The notes beneath the pieces are model-generated. The model made no database searches and was not told the origin of the DNA. It saw only the letters and a program-made list of their open reading frames with translations. Positions 7,157-15,771 of a DNA stretch of 64,000 nt are shown piece after piece; positions within the stretch are counted from its first letter, which is position 1; the number at the start of each line of letters is the position of its first letter. Source of the stretch: Deltaproteobacteria bacterium (lineage in GTDB: Bacteria; Desulfobacterota; GWC2-55-46); the NCBI GenBank assembly GCA_016234405.1, contig JACRCC010000048.1, forward strand, positions 28,968-92,967. Reading direction: 5' to 3'. The translations under genes were made by a program, and so were the position numbers.

Positions 7157-9612
7157 GCTGATTTTTCTCCCGCTCGTTTTTTGAAGGCTTCCACCGTTAT
7201 AACGCCAACGGAGACGGCCAAACCCAAGTAATACAACACAAGGGCCGTCATGTATAGCCGAGGTTCAAACGACATCACCACTGTATGCTCCCCCTTTTCG
7301 AGATAAACGGCCTTTCCGTTATAGTTGGCCGTTGCTATCGGCGTTTCATTACCGTTGACATAAGCCTTCCAGTGCCTGCTCCAGCCGTCGTTGTAGAGTA
7401 AATACCCTTGGGTCTTATTTTTGACCAAAACGGTAATGCCGTTCACGTTGAAATCTATCAGTTTCACGTCCCCGCCAAAAGCCTTGACGCCGCCAGCTAT
7501 GGAATCTTTCAATACCGCAAACGCCTTTACGTTACCTTCGCTGAATCTCTTCCAGTATTCGTCCACGGCGCTATTTTTTAACCATAAGACGTCCTCGAAC
7601 TTGCTTAAGTCACCTAATCCGGTCTCCGCTTGCCCCGACCCTTCTCTCCTCGCCTGTTTGCCGTCTTTTTCCACATACAAAAAACCGTCAAGCTCCTCAG
7701 GCGCGGCATGGCCTAACCGGTCGAGAAGAGAATTCCTGTCCTGTGCCACCCTCACCTTTGAGAGCGGGTAAAAACCGAGGATAGGCGACGTTACTCCGTT
7801 TAAGACGAATTGGTTGGCCAGAGGCGCGTTAGTAAGGAGGTCATAATATCTTTTGGTGGTGAATAACGAGTGGTTATAGCCTCTTGAGAGCGCGCCTTTG
7901 CGCATGGTCAAACTTTCTCCGAAGGCCACGTCGGGGAGCGAACCGTAAGGCGCCCTTAGATATTCAAATTCGTTTTTCCCCCCTTTCGGGCGCGCATCGT
8001 TAATGACGCCATAGAGGGTTGCCGAGTCTTTAAGGACGCTGCCTTTGATCGAATCGTTGTATAAATAAAGGTCGGTCAGGACAAGCGCCGCTATCACCGC
8101 AAAAAAAAACTTTTTGCCGAATAGACCGCGCGAGTAAATGGCCGCGGAGATAACAAAAAAAACGACGGCGAGCATCACGAGTTCGTCGGTTGAAGATTTG
8201 AAAACTGCCCGCTTGAAGAGATATGCCGTTAACCCGGCCTTCACGAATATCAGCGCAAGCCCGATAACTATTACCCCGTGATATTTCTCCTTGAAAAAAT
8301 CCTTATAACCGCACCCGTCAAAAATAAGCGACAGACCGAAACTCATGAGAAGACCCAAATACAAAAAGATGAAACTGTTAAGCGTCTCCCTCACCTCCAG
8401 CATCTTGAGCGGCGGGAAGACCGCGTTAAAGGCCTTTTGCGCGGCGTTGAAAGGTTTTGCGTCAACGCCTGAGCCGCTGAACATGTTCAATGACACGAGG
8501 ACGAGCATGAGGGCGCACACGAACCGCAGTCTTGATTTTGTATAGATAAGACCTATCACGGCCAAGATGAGCGGGACCATGCCGAAATATTGAAAGGTCT
8601 CGGATATCAGGTTCTCGTCCGAGAACCAATCGCCGGGGTTTGAAAACGACTTCCACATATCCTGATATAGAAGGCTCAGCGCGTTTCCGTATGAACTGAA
8701 AACCCCCCTTTGCCCGGTGAACTCCCCGGACAGGGATGCGCTGTTGATGCCGGAGGCCGCAATCTTCTTGAACTGGAGATTATTTTTTTGAATTATCCTC
8801 TGCATGGGAAAAAGCTCTCCGCCGCCGGATGCGTCAAAATACATAACGGCCGCGGGTGGAGCGGCCATTATCATCGTTATCACAACGCAACCAAGCACGA
8901 AGGTCAGAAGTTTTGTTGAGACAAGATTCTTTAAAACCCTCCTCATGTCTACAATCTTGAACAAAAACAGCCCTAACGCAAAAAAGACGATATTGAAGAG
9001 GTAAAACGACGGGATAAAAACGTTCATGGTGACGCCCGTTATCAGCGTAAACACGGCGAGGTGCAGATACCTGCGCCGAGTCTCGATGCATTCAAAAAAA
9101 AGCAGAAGAAAAAACATGGCTAAAGGCGTCAAAAAGACGTTGTCAATGACCCCCATCTGTCTCAGATAAGACGGCGTAACGGCAAGGAGGACGCCTCCGG
9201 CGGCAAGCGCAGCCGCAGACTTTTGTTTAGTCAGATGTTTGAAGAGAAGATACGCCCCGATGACGAAGATAAAGAGCCTGACAAGCCTGAAGTAGACGTA
9301 AGCGGTGAGCGCAGAGATACCGAAGACCTTTACCGAGAAGGCGCTTATAAGGACAACGGGGTCGAGAAGCCCCATGTGGGATATATTGGGGTAGAAGTAA
9401 GTGCCGGAAATCAGGTAGGGGTCCCAATAGGGGAATCTCAGATTACCGAGCGACTCTATGAAGTAGTGGAAGCTCCCATACCAGATTATCGAATCATGGA
9501 TGAATATCTCGCTGCAAATAAGCAGCTTATAGTAAAGAACGGCAAAAATAACCGCAACTGCCGCGCTGACGGCTATCATCGTGATGTCTCCTCTTGTGGA
9601 CATGCGCAGCAT
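7153..9612 (-). CDS. YfhO-family polytopic membrane protein (GT-C-like glycosyltransferase), paralog 1, no CBM insert
   Basis: 819 aa; many TM helices. Conserved N-terminal HDxxxWYGxFHYFxESL…PYWxPY and C-terminal GWxxHWKAYVNGxE…G(E)HTV plus a final TM, shared with the other two paralogs and typical of YfhO. Confidence 0.5.
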   Translation of the reverse strand: MLRMSTRGDITMIAVSAAVAVIFAVLYYKLLICSEIFIHDSIIWYGSFHYFIESLGNLRFPYWDPYLISGTYFYPNISHMGLLDPVVLISAFSVKVFGISALTAYVYFRLVRLFIFVIGAYLLFKHLTKQKSAAALAAGGVLLAVTPSYLRQMGVIDNVFLTPLAMFFLLLFFECIETRRRYLHLAVFTLITGVTMNVFIPSFYLFNIVFFALGLFLFKIVDMRRVLKNLVSTKLLTFVLGCVVITMIMAAPPAAVMYFDASGGGELFPMQRIIQKNNLQFKKIAASGINSASLSGEFTGQRGVFSSYGNALSLLYQDMWKSFSNPGDWFSDENLISETFQYFGMVPLILAVIGLIYTKSRLRFVCALMLVLVSLNMFSGSGVDAKPFNAAQKAFNAVFPPLKMLEVRETLNSFIFLYLGLLMSFGLSLIFDGCGYKDFFKEKYHGVIVIGLALIFVKAGLTAYLFKRAVFKSSTDELVMLAVVFFVISAAIYSRGLFGKKFFFAVIAALVLTDLYLYNDSIKGSVLKDSATLYGVINDARPKGGKNEFEYLRAPYGSLPDVAFGESLTMRKGALSRGYNHSLFTTKRYYDLLTNAPLANQFVLNGVTSPILGFYPLSKVRVAQDRNSLLDRLGHAAPEELDGFLYVEKDGKQARREGSGQAETGLGDLSKFEDVLWLKNSAVDEYWKRFSEGNVKAFAVLKDSIAGGVKAFGGDVKLIDFNVNGITVLVKNKTQGYLLYNDGWSRHWKAYVNGNETPIATANYNGKAVYLEKGEHTVVMSFEPRLYMTALVLYYLGLAVSVGVITVEAFKKRAGEKSA

Positions 9613-9615
9613 TAC

Positions 9616-10359
9616 TTAGCTCCCGGCGCAGCGCTTGACGATCCTCGAGACTAAAAAATCCGGTAAAAATCTCATTGTCTTGCTTATGAAGGCATTAAGA
9701 AACGGAAAGTCGAAGACGCCGTTTAAACCCGGCGACGCAAGACGCCTGACAATTTTTTGAGCGGCGCTTTTGTAATGGATTTTAAGAAGTCCTGTCCTTG
9801 ACTCGTCAGGCGACATTCCGCCTGGATTAACGGTTACAAAACGCACCTTCGACGGCGTCATCTGCAGTCTCATGCACTCAAACGTCATGCTGAGCGCGGC
9901 CTTACTGCCGCTGTAAGCTATTTTTTTGTTGTTTAATCCCCGATAAGATGAAAGCGATGATATGGCAACGAAAGTCCCTCCATCCCTCTCCACGAAGACC
10001 GGTAAAAAAAGGTCGAGCCACGCAACGGCCCCAAAGAGGTTTATCGCGTAGGTCTTCTTGAACACGTCATAAGAAAACGTCCCGTCAAGGTCGTTTTCCA
10101 TGACCCCGGCGTTTAATACCACAATATCCGGCACAAAACCCGCCTCCTTCATCTGCGCCCGCACGCGCTCGGCGTCGGCCATTACGGAGACATCGCAAAC
10201 GCTGAAACGGAAAGACCCGTTAGACGTTAAACGCCCATCATTGTCCCATGCCTCAATCTTCCTCCTCGCAACGCCCCAGACCTTATGCCGCTCCGTTAAA
10301 AACTCGTTTGTCAGCGCCCTTCCGAGACCCGACGATACGCCCGTTATAAACACGTTCAT
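9616..10359 (-). CDS. short-chain dehydrogenase/reductase (SDR)
   Basis: ITGVSSGLG (TGxxxGxG), NAG motif, catalytic YSGSK (YxxxK). 247 aa. Confidence 0.7.
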   Translation of the reverse strand: MNVFITGVSSGLGRALTNEFLTERHKVWGVARRKIEAWDNDGRLTSNGSFRFSVCDVSVMADAERVRAQMKEAGFVPDIVVLNAGVMENDLDGTFSYDVFKKTYAINLFGAVAWLDLFLPVFVERDGGTFVAISSLSSYRGLNNKKIAYSGSKAALSMTFECMRLQMTPSKVRFVTVNPGGMSPDESRTGLLKIHYKSAAQKIVRRLASPGLNGVFDFPFLNAFISKTMRFLPDFLVSRIVKRCAGS

Positions 10360-10373
10360 CCTTCACCATTCCT

Positions 10374-13340
10374 TTATTCTTTAGTTCCGTTATCCTTTTT
10401 TCTCGCTGATACTATGACCCCGTTTATGATAAACGCCGCTCCGAAGATGAGATTGGCTGCAACGTATATTTTAACGGCAAGAAGAAAAAACCAAGGGTTG
10501 TAGCGGAATATGACCGTGTGTTCGCCTTTCTTTAGAGGCACGGCCTTGAACGAGAGGTTTGCCCTGTGGAGTCCGTGCTTTATGCCGTCCACAAAGACCT
10601 CCCAGTGGCTGTCATAGATATCCCTGTAAAGGAGCACGCCGTCTTCGCGCCCCTCAACGTCGAGTTCGAGCCGCGTGGGGATGTAAGACCTGACGGCGTA
10701 TTTGAAAACACCGTCCTTTGGTTCGCCGTTAGGCGCGCCGCTCGCTGAGGGCACGGTAGTCAAAAGATGCGCAAAATCACCGTCTAATTCACCGGATACA
10801 AATACGGCATTATCGAGCGCCTTTGACAAGGCGGCCGGGTCGCGTGTCAGCATACCCCATCCTGACTGTTCGTCAATAAGGGTAAGGGATGCGTCATCGA
10901 ATACCGCAGGGGCGTCTGCGCGTGATGAGACGTTACAGGTTAAGTGCAAGACCTTCGCCCCTTTGCTTATTCTTGCGGACGCCGATATCTTTTGCCAGTC
11001 TCCGGTCTTTGAAAATGACGATATTGACGGCGGCCCAATGCCGTCTTGCAGGTCAATTTGCACCACGTCACGCTCGCCGTTGTTGCTTTTTACCCAAATT
11101 GAGAATACGGCGCGTTTTCCGGCGTCTCCTTTTTTCAGATTGACGCTTTGCCGGAGCATTGAATTGCCTTCCGACGACGGCGCCACCATCGCTCCAATCT
11201 TGCCTTTTAAATGCGCGATTTTTTCCATCCGCACCGAACCGTTTTTGCCGCCCTGTGTGTAGTCCCATGATGACGGACGTTGAGACGCGCCGTCCACCCA
11301 TGTCTCGAATGAGCCGTTTAAAACGGTCTTTTCGTATCCCCCCGCCGATGGAGCGGGGGGATATTCTATGACTCCGCTTTTGAACGTCTGAAACTGCGCA
11401 GGCACAGCCATCATAACCGCCTTCGTAAAATAGGCGATCAAGGGCGCTTGAATACCGGCGAGCTTTTTGAAAATCGGGGTGTTCTCCTCAGCCACCTCGT
11501 AAAGAATAAAATACGGTTTCAGCCAAAAATGATAAAGGCCCTGCGAAAAATTCATCTTGAAGTCCGCCGTTATATTCGTGGGCTGGCCGTTTCTCTTGGA
11601 CGGGATGAGGTCGTCAAATGAAGCGTTCACCTTGAGGATTGTCGGACTGTAGGCAAGATACGTTTTTTTAAGGTTAAGCCCCGCCACCCTCTCCGTAGAC
11701 AGCGTCCATGATTCGGATGCGTTTTTACCGAACTGAAATCCCGAAAAATATTCGTCGCGGTTTTGTTTGAAATGGTGTCCGTCCTCGCCGTGATAATCGC
11801 ATATAACGATAGTTTCCAAAATGATCAGCATCATCATAACTGACAAAAGCACGCCGGACTTTACCGCAGGTTTGAAGAATTGAAAGAAGAGAAAGATACC
11901 CGCGAGGGAAAAAACCAAAACCGCGATGAACCAATCCCTTGAAAATGTTAGAAAGAAATGATTGAAAAAATTGGCGTTCATGACGACGAAGTAGAAAAAA
12001 CACCCTGCGACGGCGACTATCGAAAGGTCAACAAAGACGCCTCTCAGACTTATGCGTCCACCATCAACCGGCAATGGAACGAACTGTGATTTTCCCGCGG
12101 TTTCAGATTTTAAAAGATATTCGAGCATTGCGTCCGCGCCGAGTCCGATGAAAAATATACCCGCAAAAAAAACAAAAGGCTCAAACATGCTAAAGTGTCT
12201 TACGAGCCATAACGGCGGGAATGAGAAGTAGAGTATCTGATGGAGAAGACGTATATCTTTTAAAGGGCCGATATACAATATATACATGACCACGGTTAGG
12301 GCGGCGAAATTCCATTTGAACCTATGAACTCCAAACAACAACCCTATGACAAAAAGTATCCGAGCCGCCCAGCTTATCTCAGGATATTCGTAGTGCCTTC
12401 CGTAAGGCAAAAAACCGAGCAGATAATCGGGATTGCCTACGCCGATTTGCGGGTCTCTTTTCTTCATCATCTCGTAATCAACCCCGAGGATGCCGGCGAT
12501 TCCCTGCGTCTTCTTCTCCACGCGTGAATAATCCCTTGCTATCGGGACTATATTGGCCCTCTCCGGCATAAGGGACAATATCGGGAGCGAGAGCGCGGCT
12601 AAAAGCGCCGCGCTGATTATTACGACCCTCTTATCCTGCGTGAAGACGTTGCGCAGTTCCTTTCTCTGCCTGAGGACCAGGGTAATGAGGAAGACCGCGA
12701 TGAAATAGAACGGCAGCGCCCAATGATAGGTGGATGCGCCGAAGACAACGCCGCAAAGGTAGGCGAAGGCCATCACGTCATACTTGCTTGACCTGTCAAG
12801 CATCCGCATGAGGAAATACATCATCCATGGCAGCCAAGAAAAAACGTCAATATTGCCGACGGAAAGAAGCGTTGACTCGGCCAGCAAAAGGCATACAACC
12901 ATAACCACAAAGAGGCTGAGAAACCTCTTGAAGATGCGCCTGTAGAACAGATATATCCCCGCAAGGGTCACGACGATGCGGATTATGTAATTGTAATGAT
13001 AGAGGTCGAAAAGCGGCGGGTTGAAAAATTTTGCAATCACGATGACCGAGAGCGTAACGGGGTCAAGAAGGCGCAGTATCCCCCACGCGTAATAAAACGG
13101 CTCCCCGCCGTGCACATACGGATTCCATGTCGGCAAAAAACCGCTCCACAGCGATTCAACGAAGTAGTGGAACATGCCGTACCAGAGGATGCCGTCGTGC
13201 ACGTAGGTGCTTTTGCCGAGCATGATGCTCCGTTCCATGTAAAGGTAAAGGGCAAGCAAAATCCCGATAAAAAAAAGCTCTCTCTTGACGCTTTTCGAAT
13301 CACACGCGCCTGAGAAAAACCAATTCAAAAATTGAGTCAT
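10374..13340 (-). CDS. YfhO-family membrane protein, paralog 2, with CBM4/9-like beta-sandwich insert in the extracytoplasmic region
   Basis: 988 aa; same N- and C-terminal YfhO signatures. Internal NGSFETW…SSEGNSMLRQ…VQIDLQDG segment resembles CBM_4_9 carbohydrate-binding modules. Confidence 0.5.
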   Translation of the reverse strand: MTQFLNWFFSGACDSKSVKRELFFIGILLALYLYMERSIMLGKSTYVHDGILWYGMFHYFVESLWSGFLPTWNPYVHGGEPFYYAWGILRLLDPVTLSVIVIAKFFNPPLFDLYHYNYIIRIVVTLAGIYLFYRRIFKRFLSLFVVMVVCLLLAESTLLSVGNIDVFSWLPWMMYFLMRMLDRSSKYDVMAFAYLCGVVFGASTYHWALPFYFIAVFLITLVLRQRKELRNVFTQDKRVVIISAALLAALSLPILSLMPERANIVPIARDYSRVEKKTQGIAGILGVDYEMMKKRDPQIGVGNPDYLLGFLPYGRHYEYPEISWAARILFVIGLLFGVHRFKWNFAALTVVMYILYIGPLKDIRLLHQILYFSFPPLWLVRHFSMFEPFVFFAGIFFIGLGADAMLEYLLKSETAGKSQFVPLPVDGGRISLRGVFVDLSIVAVAGCFFYFVVMNANFFNHFFLTFSRDWFIAVLVFSLAGIFLFFQFFKPAVKSGVLLSVMMMLIILETIVICDYHGEDGHHFKQNRDEYFSGFQFGKNASESWTLSTERVAGLNLKKTYLAYSPTILKVNASFDDLIPSKRNGQPTNITADFKMNFSQGLYHFWLKPYFILYEVAEENTPIFKKLAGIQAPLIAYFTKAVMMAVPAQFQTFKSGVIEYPPAPSAGGYEKTVLNGSFETWVDGASQRPSSWDYTQGGKNGSVRMEKIAHLKGKIGAMVAPSSEGNSMLRQSVNLKKGDAGKRAVFSIWVKSNNGERDVVQIDLQDGIGPPSISSFSKTGDWQKISASARISKGAKVLHLTCNVSSRADAPAVFDDASLTLIDEQSGWGMLTRDPAALSKALDNAVFVSGELDGDFAHLLTTVPSASGAPNGEPKDGVFKYAVRSYIPTRLELDVEGREDGVLLYRDIYDSHWEVFVDGIKHGLHRANLSFKAVPLKKGEHTVIFRYNPWFFLLAVKIYVAANLIFGAAFIINGVIVSARKKDNGTKE

Positions 13341-13347
13341 AATTTCT

Positions 13348-13896
13348 CTATTTCACCTCCCATTCAGCTATGGATGTGTGGTTTTTATCCGACACGGTCT
13401 TCAATATCCTCAGTCTGTAATGGGAATACTTATCCGTTTGTTTGAGCGAATACGTATTTTTAACGGCGTCCCACTTTTGTCCTTTTTTTTCTTCGATGGT
13501 CTTCCAATCGGCGTCAGAACTTGGAAGATTGTCGGAGGCTGCGCCCTCAAGGATAAAATCAACCGGCGCTTGAGTAGCTGTTATCTCGGAACGCCGCGTT
13601 ATGGCGTAACCGGAGGCCGCGAACGGTTTTGAGAATGACATCGAAATCCAGCCGTAGTCGCCGGCAGGGCCTCCTGAATGCCAGAACGTCTTGGCGTCAT
13701 TGTCGTAAAACTTCAAGGGGTTTAACGACTCCGAATATATGCTCTTTGCCCCCAACACGACGTCTCCAGACTTTTCGAATACCGGGGACTTTGTTTGAGT
13801 CTTGACGGAAGAGGCGGTTTCACTTGAATCGCATGACATGCAAACCGCCAAAATCAAAATTGAAATTGCCGCAGTGAACAGGTCTTTTTTCATCAC
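13348..13896 (-). CDS. secreted/lipoprotein with F5/8 type C (discoidin)-like domain
   Basis: Signal peptide with Cys (ILAVCMSC). …KTFWHSGGPAGDYGWISMSF…VDFILEGAASDNL…WKTI… matches the discoidin-domain pattern. Confidence 0.45.
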   Translation of the reverse strand: MMKKDLFTAAISILILAVCMSCDSSETASSVKTQTKSPVFEKSGDVVLGAKSIYSESLNPLKFYDNDAKTFWHSGGPAGDYGWISMSFSKPFAASGYAITRRSEITATQAPVDFILEGAASDNLPSSDADWKTIEEKKGQKWDAVKNTYSLKQTDKYSHYRLRILKTVSDKNHTSIAEWEVK

Positions 13897-13910
13897 ATCC
13901 CTCCTTGTGT

Positions 13911-15047
13911 TTAGATATGGAATACCTCTTGAAGCTGTCTTTTGACGATGTATACGAGCTGTCTTGCCGAAAGTCCGAGCAAGAGATTGTAGTCGTTATT
14001 ACTCAGATGCGGGCATGCCACGCATCTGTTGGTTTTTCTCACGTGTTCAATGGCCTTTGCAACGCCCACCTCCTTTAAGTTGAGCGCCTTGAATTCCTCG
14101 TTCAAGGGAAAACACGGATAGACATAACCGTTAGCCTCCACCACGAACTTCGACCGCCCGTAATAGCATCTGATAGGCTCGAAACCAACCGGAAGCTCTT
14201 GGGGGGTCGCATGGTGTTTTACGTTGTAATCGAATGGCCAGCTCATCGAGTAGTTAAGGCATCTGTCCGAGGTGAAGATGGGATAGCCCTGATTTTTGAA
14301 ATACAGTATCTTGGAGAGAGATTCCCTTATCTCCTCCTGACTCATCCCCATGTCAAGAGCCTTTTTCAGAGGCTTGTAAAGTATGCTGAAGTAGAGCTGG
14401 AACTTATGCTCCTTTGCAAGTTTTGCGAGGAATTCTATGTCGTGCATGGTGTTGCGCGTGAGCGTAGCCGATACGCGCAAACGAAATTTTTCTTTTGACG
14501 CAAGTTTGATGGCGTCTACGGCGGCCTTGAAAGACCCCGTACCCCTGTTGAGATCGTTGCCCGCTTCATTGCCGTCAAGGCTTATGCAGAGGCTGTCAAC
14601 GTTCCTGACCACGTCAAGATTTTGCGCCAACAAAATTCCGTTCGTGATGAAGCCGACGTAGATACCCTTCCTTTTGATGTAATCAACGATATAACCGACG
14701 TCCTTCCTGAGAAGCGTCTCCCCGCCGTGGACCACCATGTATCTCGTCCCTAAGGCGTAGAGATCGTCTATGACCTTGACGAGTTCCTCGGTCGTATAAT
14801 CCTTGTCGCGTCTATTGCCGTAGTCGCCGAAACAGTAATGGCAATCGAGATTGCACCTGTTGTTCACGACAAGCACGACGGAAATCGGCTCGCTCTTCCC
14901 AAGGGCTTTATTGCGGACTATCCTATACGGGAATACGAGTCTCTGACGTATTGTAGACAGGGCCTTGTTCCAATGTTTTTTGTCAGTTTTCAGTTCTTTT
15001 GAAATCATACGCGGCCCCCTTGGACTTTGTGTTTTCAACGGAAACAT
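13911..15047 (-). CDS. radical SAM enzyme with C-terminal SPASM/twitch-like Cys-rich domain (peptide/protein-modifying maturase class; anSME-like). True start possibly at 15008
   Basis: CNLDCHYCF (CxxxCxxC) radical SAM cluster motif. C-terminal …CYYGRSKFVVEANGYVYPCFPL…NRCVACPHL fits auxiliary Fe-S (SPASM) cysteine patterns. Confidence 0.65.
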   Translation of the reverse strand: MFPLKTQSPRGPRMISKELKTDKKHWNKALSTIRQRLVFPYRIVRNKALGKSEPISVVLVVNNRCNLDCHYCFGDYGNRRDKDYTTEELVKVIDDLYALGTRYMVVHGGETLLRKDVGYIVDYIKRKGIYVGFITNGILLAQNLDVVRNVDSLCISLDGNEAGNDLNRGTGSFKAAVDAIKLASKEKFRLRVSATLTRNTMHDIEFLAKLAKEHKFQLYFSILYKPLKKALDMGMSQEEIRESLSKILYFKNQGYPIFTSDRCLNYSMSWPFDYNVKHHATPQELPVGFEPIRCYYGRSKFVVEANGYVYPCFPLNEEFKALNLKEVGVAKAIEHVRKTNRCVACPHLSNNDYNLLLGLSARQLVYIVKRQLQEVFHI

Positions 15048-15771
15048 TGTATAGACTGAGAAGTTCGGCTATCTCCTTTTCGGTAAGCGGGTTTGTCCAC
15101 ACGGCAACCTCGTCAATGCCCCCCCTGTAATATCTCGCGTCGCTGGAAGTGAATTTTCCGAAGGTCATCGGCGCGGGGTTGAATTTAAAGGTTTTGTAAT
15201 TTGCGGTCGCCCGCGACTTTCTGCCGTTCACGTAAGCGCTCATGCTTTTATTCTTTTTGTCTATGATGAGAATGACGTGAGACCATTTTTCGCGCGGCAC
15301 GTTGACAATTACGACGTTTCCGCTCGAATACCACGCAAACTTCTCCGCCTTCCTGTCGGTTGATTGGAATACCATGTTGCTTGCCTCGTCATGGTCCGTA
15401 TCGAAGACTATGCAGTTCGAATCCATTTCACACTCTTCGGGTTTCATCCACAATGAAACGGTAACCCCGGATTCAAAACTCGCGGTATTGACGAGGGTAT
15501 CTATATGCGAATCCCTGCCGTTGAAATGCGCGGCCTTTCCCGAAACCCCCTCAACCTGTTCCGTCCGGTACGTCCTCATGCTGTTTATCCCCTTGGAGTC
15601 GGTGAACAGGTCTCCCTGATTCGCATCCATGTCCCAATGCGCCAACGCCTTCGACAGGATATTTTTTTGTTCTTTCTTCGGTTGGCCGGTCTCTGCCGCA
15701 TAACATTGACCGGTCGAAAAAACAGAAACTGCCGCGAAAAGCACGGCGATAAAAAAACCTTTAACTTTCAT
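14983..15771 (-). CDS. secreted LamG-like (concanavalin-type jelly-roll) domain protein
   Basis: Signal peptide MKVKGFFIAVLFAAVSVFSTGQCYA. C-terminal GGIDEVAVWTNPLTEKEIAELL is the hallmark Laminin_G_3 motif. The 3' end overlaps the radical SAM gene start. Confidence 0.55.
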   Translation of the reverse strand: MKVKGFFIAVLFAAVSVFSTGQCYAAETGQPKKEQKNILSKALAHWDMDANQGDLFTDSKGINSMRTYRTEQVEGVSGKAAHFNGRDSHIDTLVNTASFESGVTVSLWMKPEECEMDSNCIVFDTDHDEASNMVFQSTDRKAEKFAWYSSGNVVIVNVPREKWSHVILIIDKKNKSMSAYVNGRKSRATANYKTFKFNPAPMTFGKFTSSDARYYRGGIDEVAVWTNPLTEKEIAELLSLYNVSVENTKSKGAAYDFKRTEN

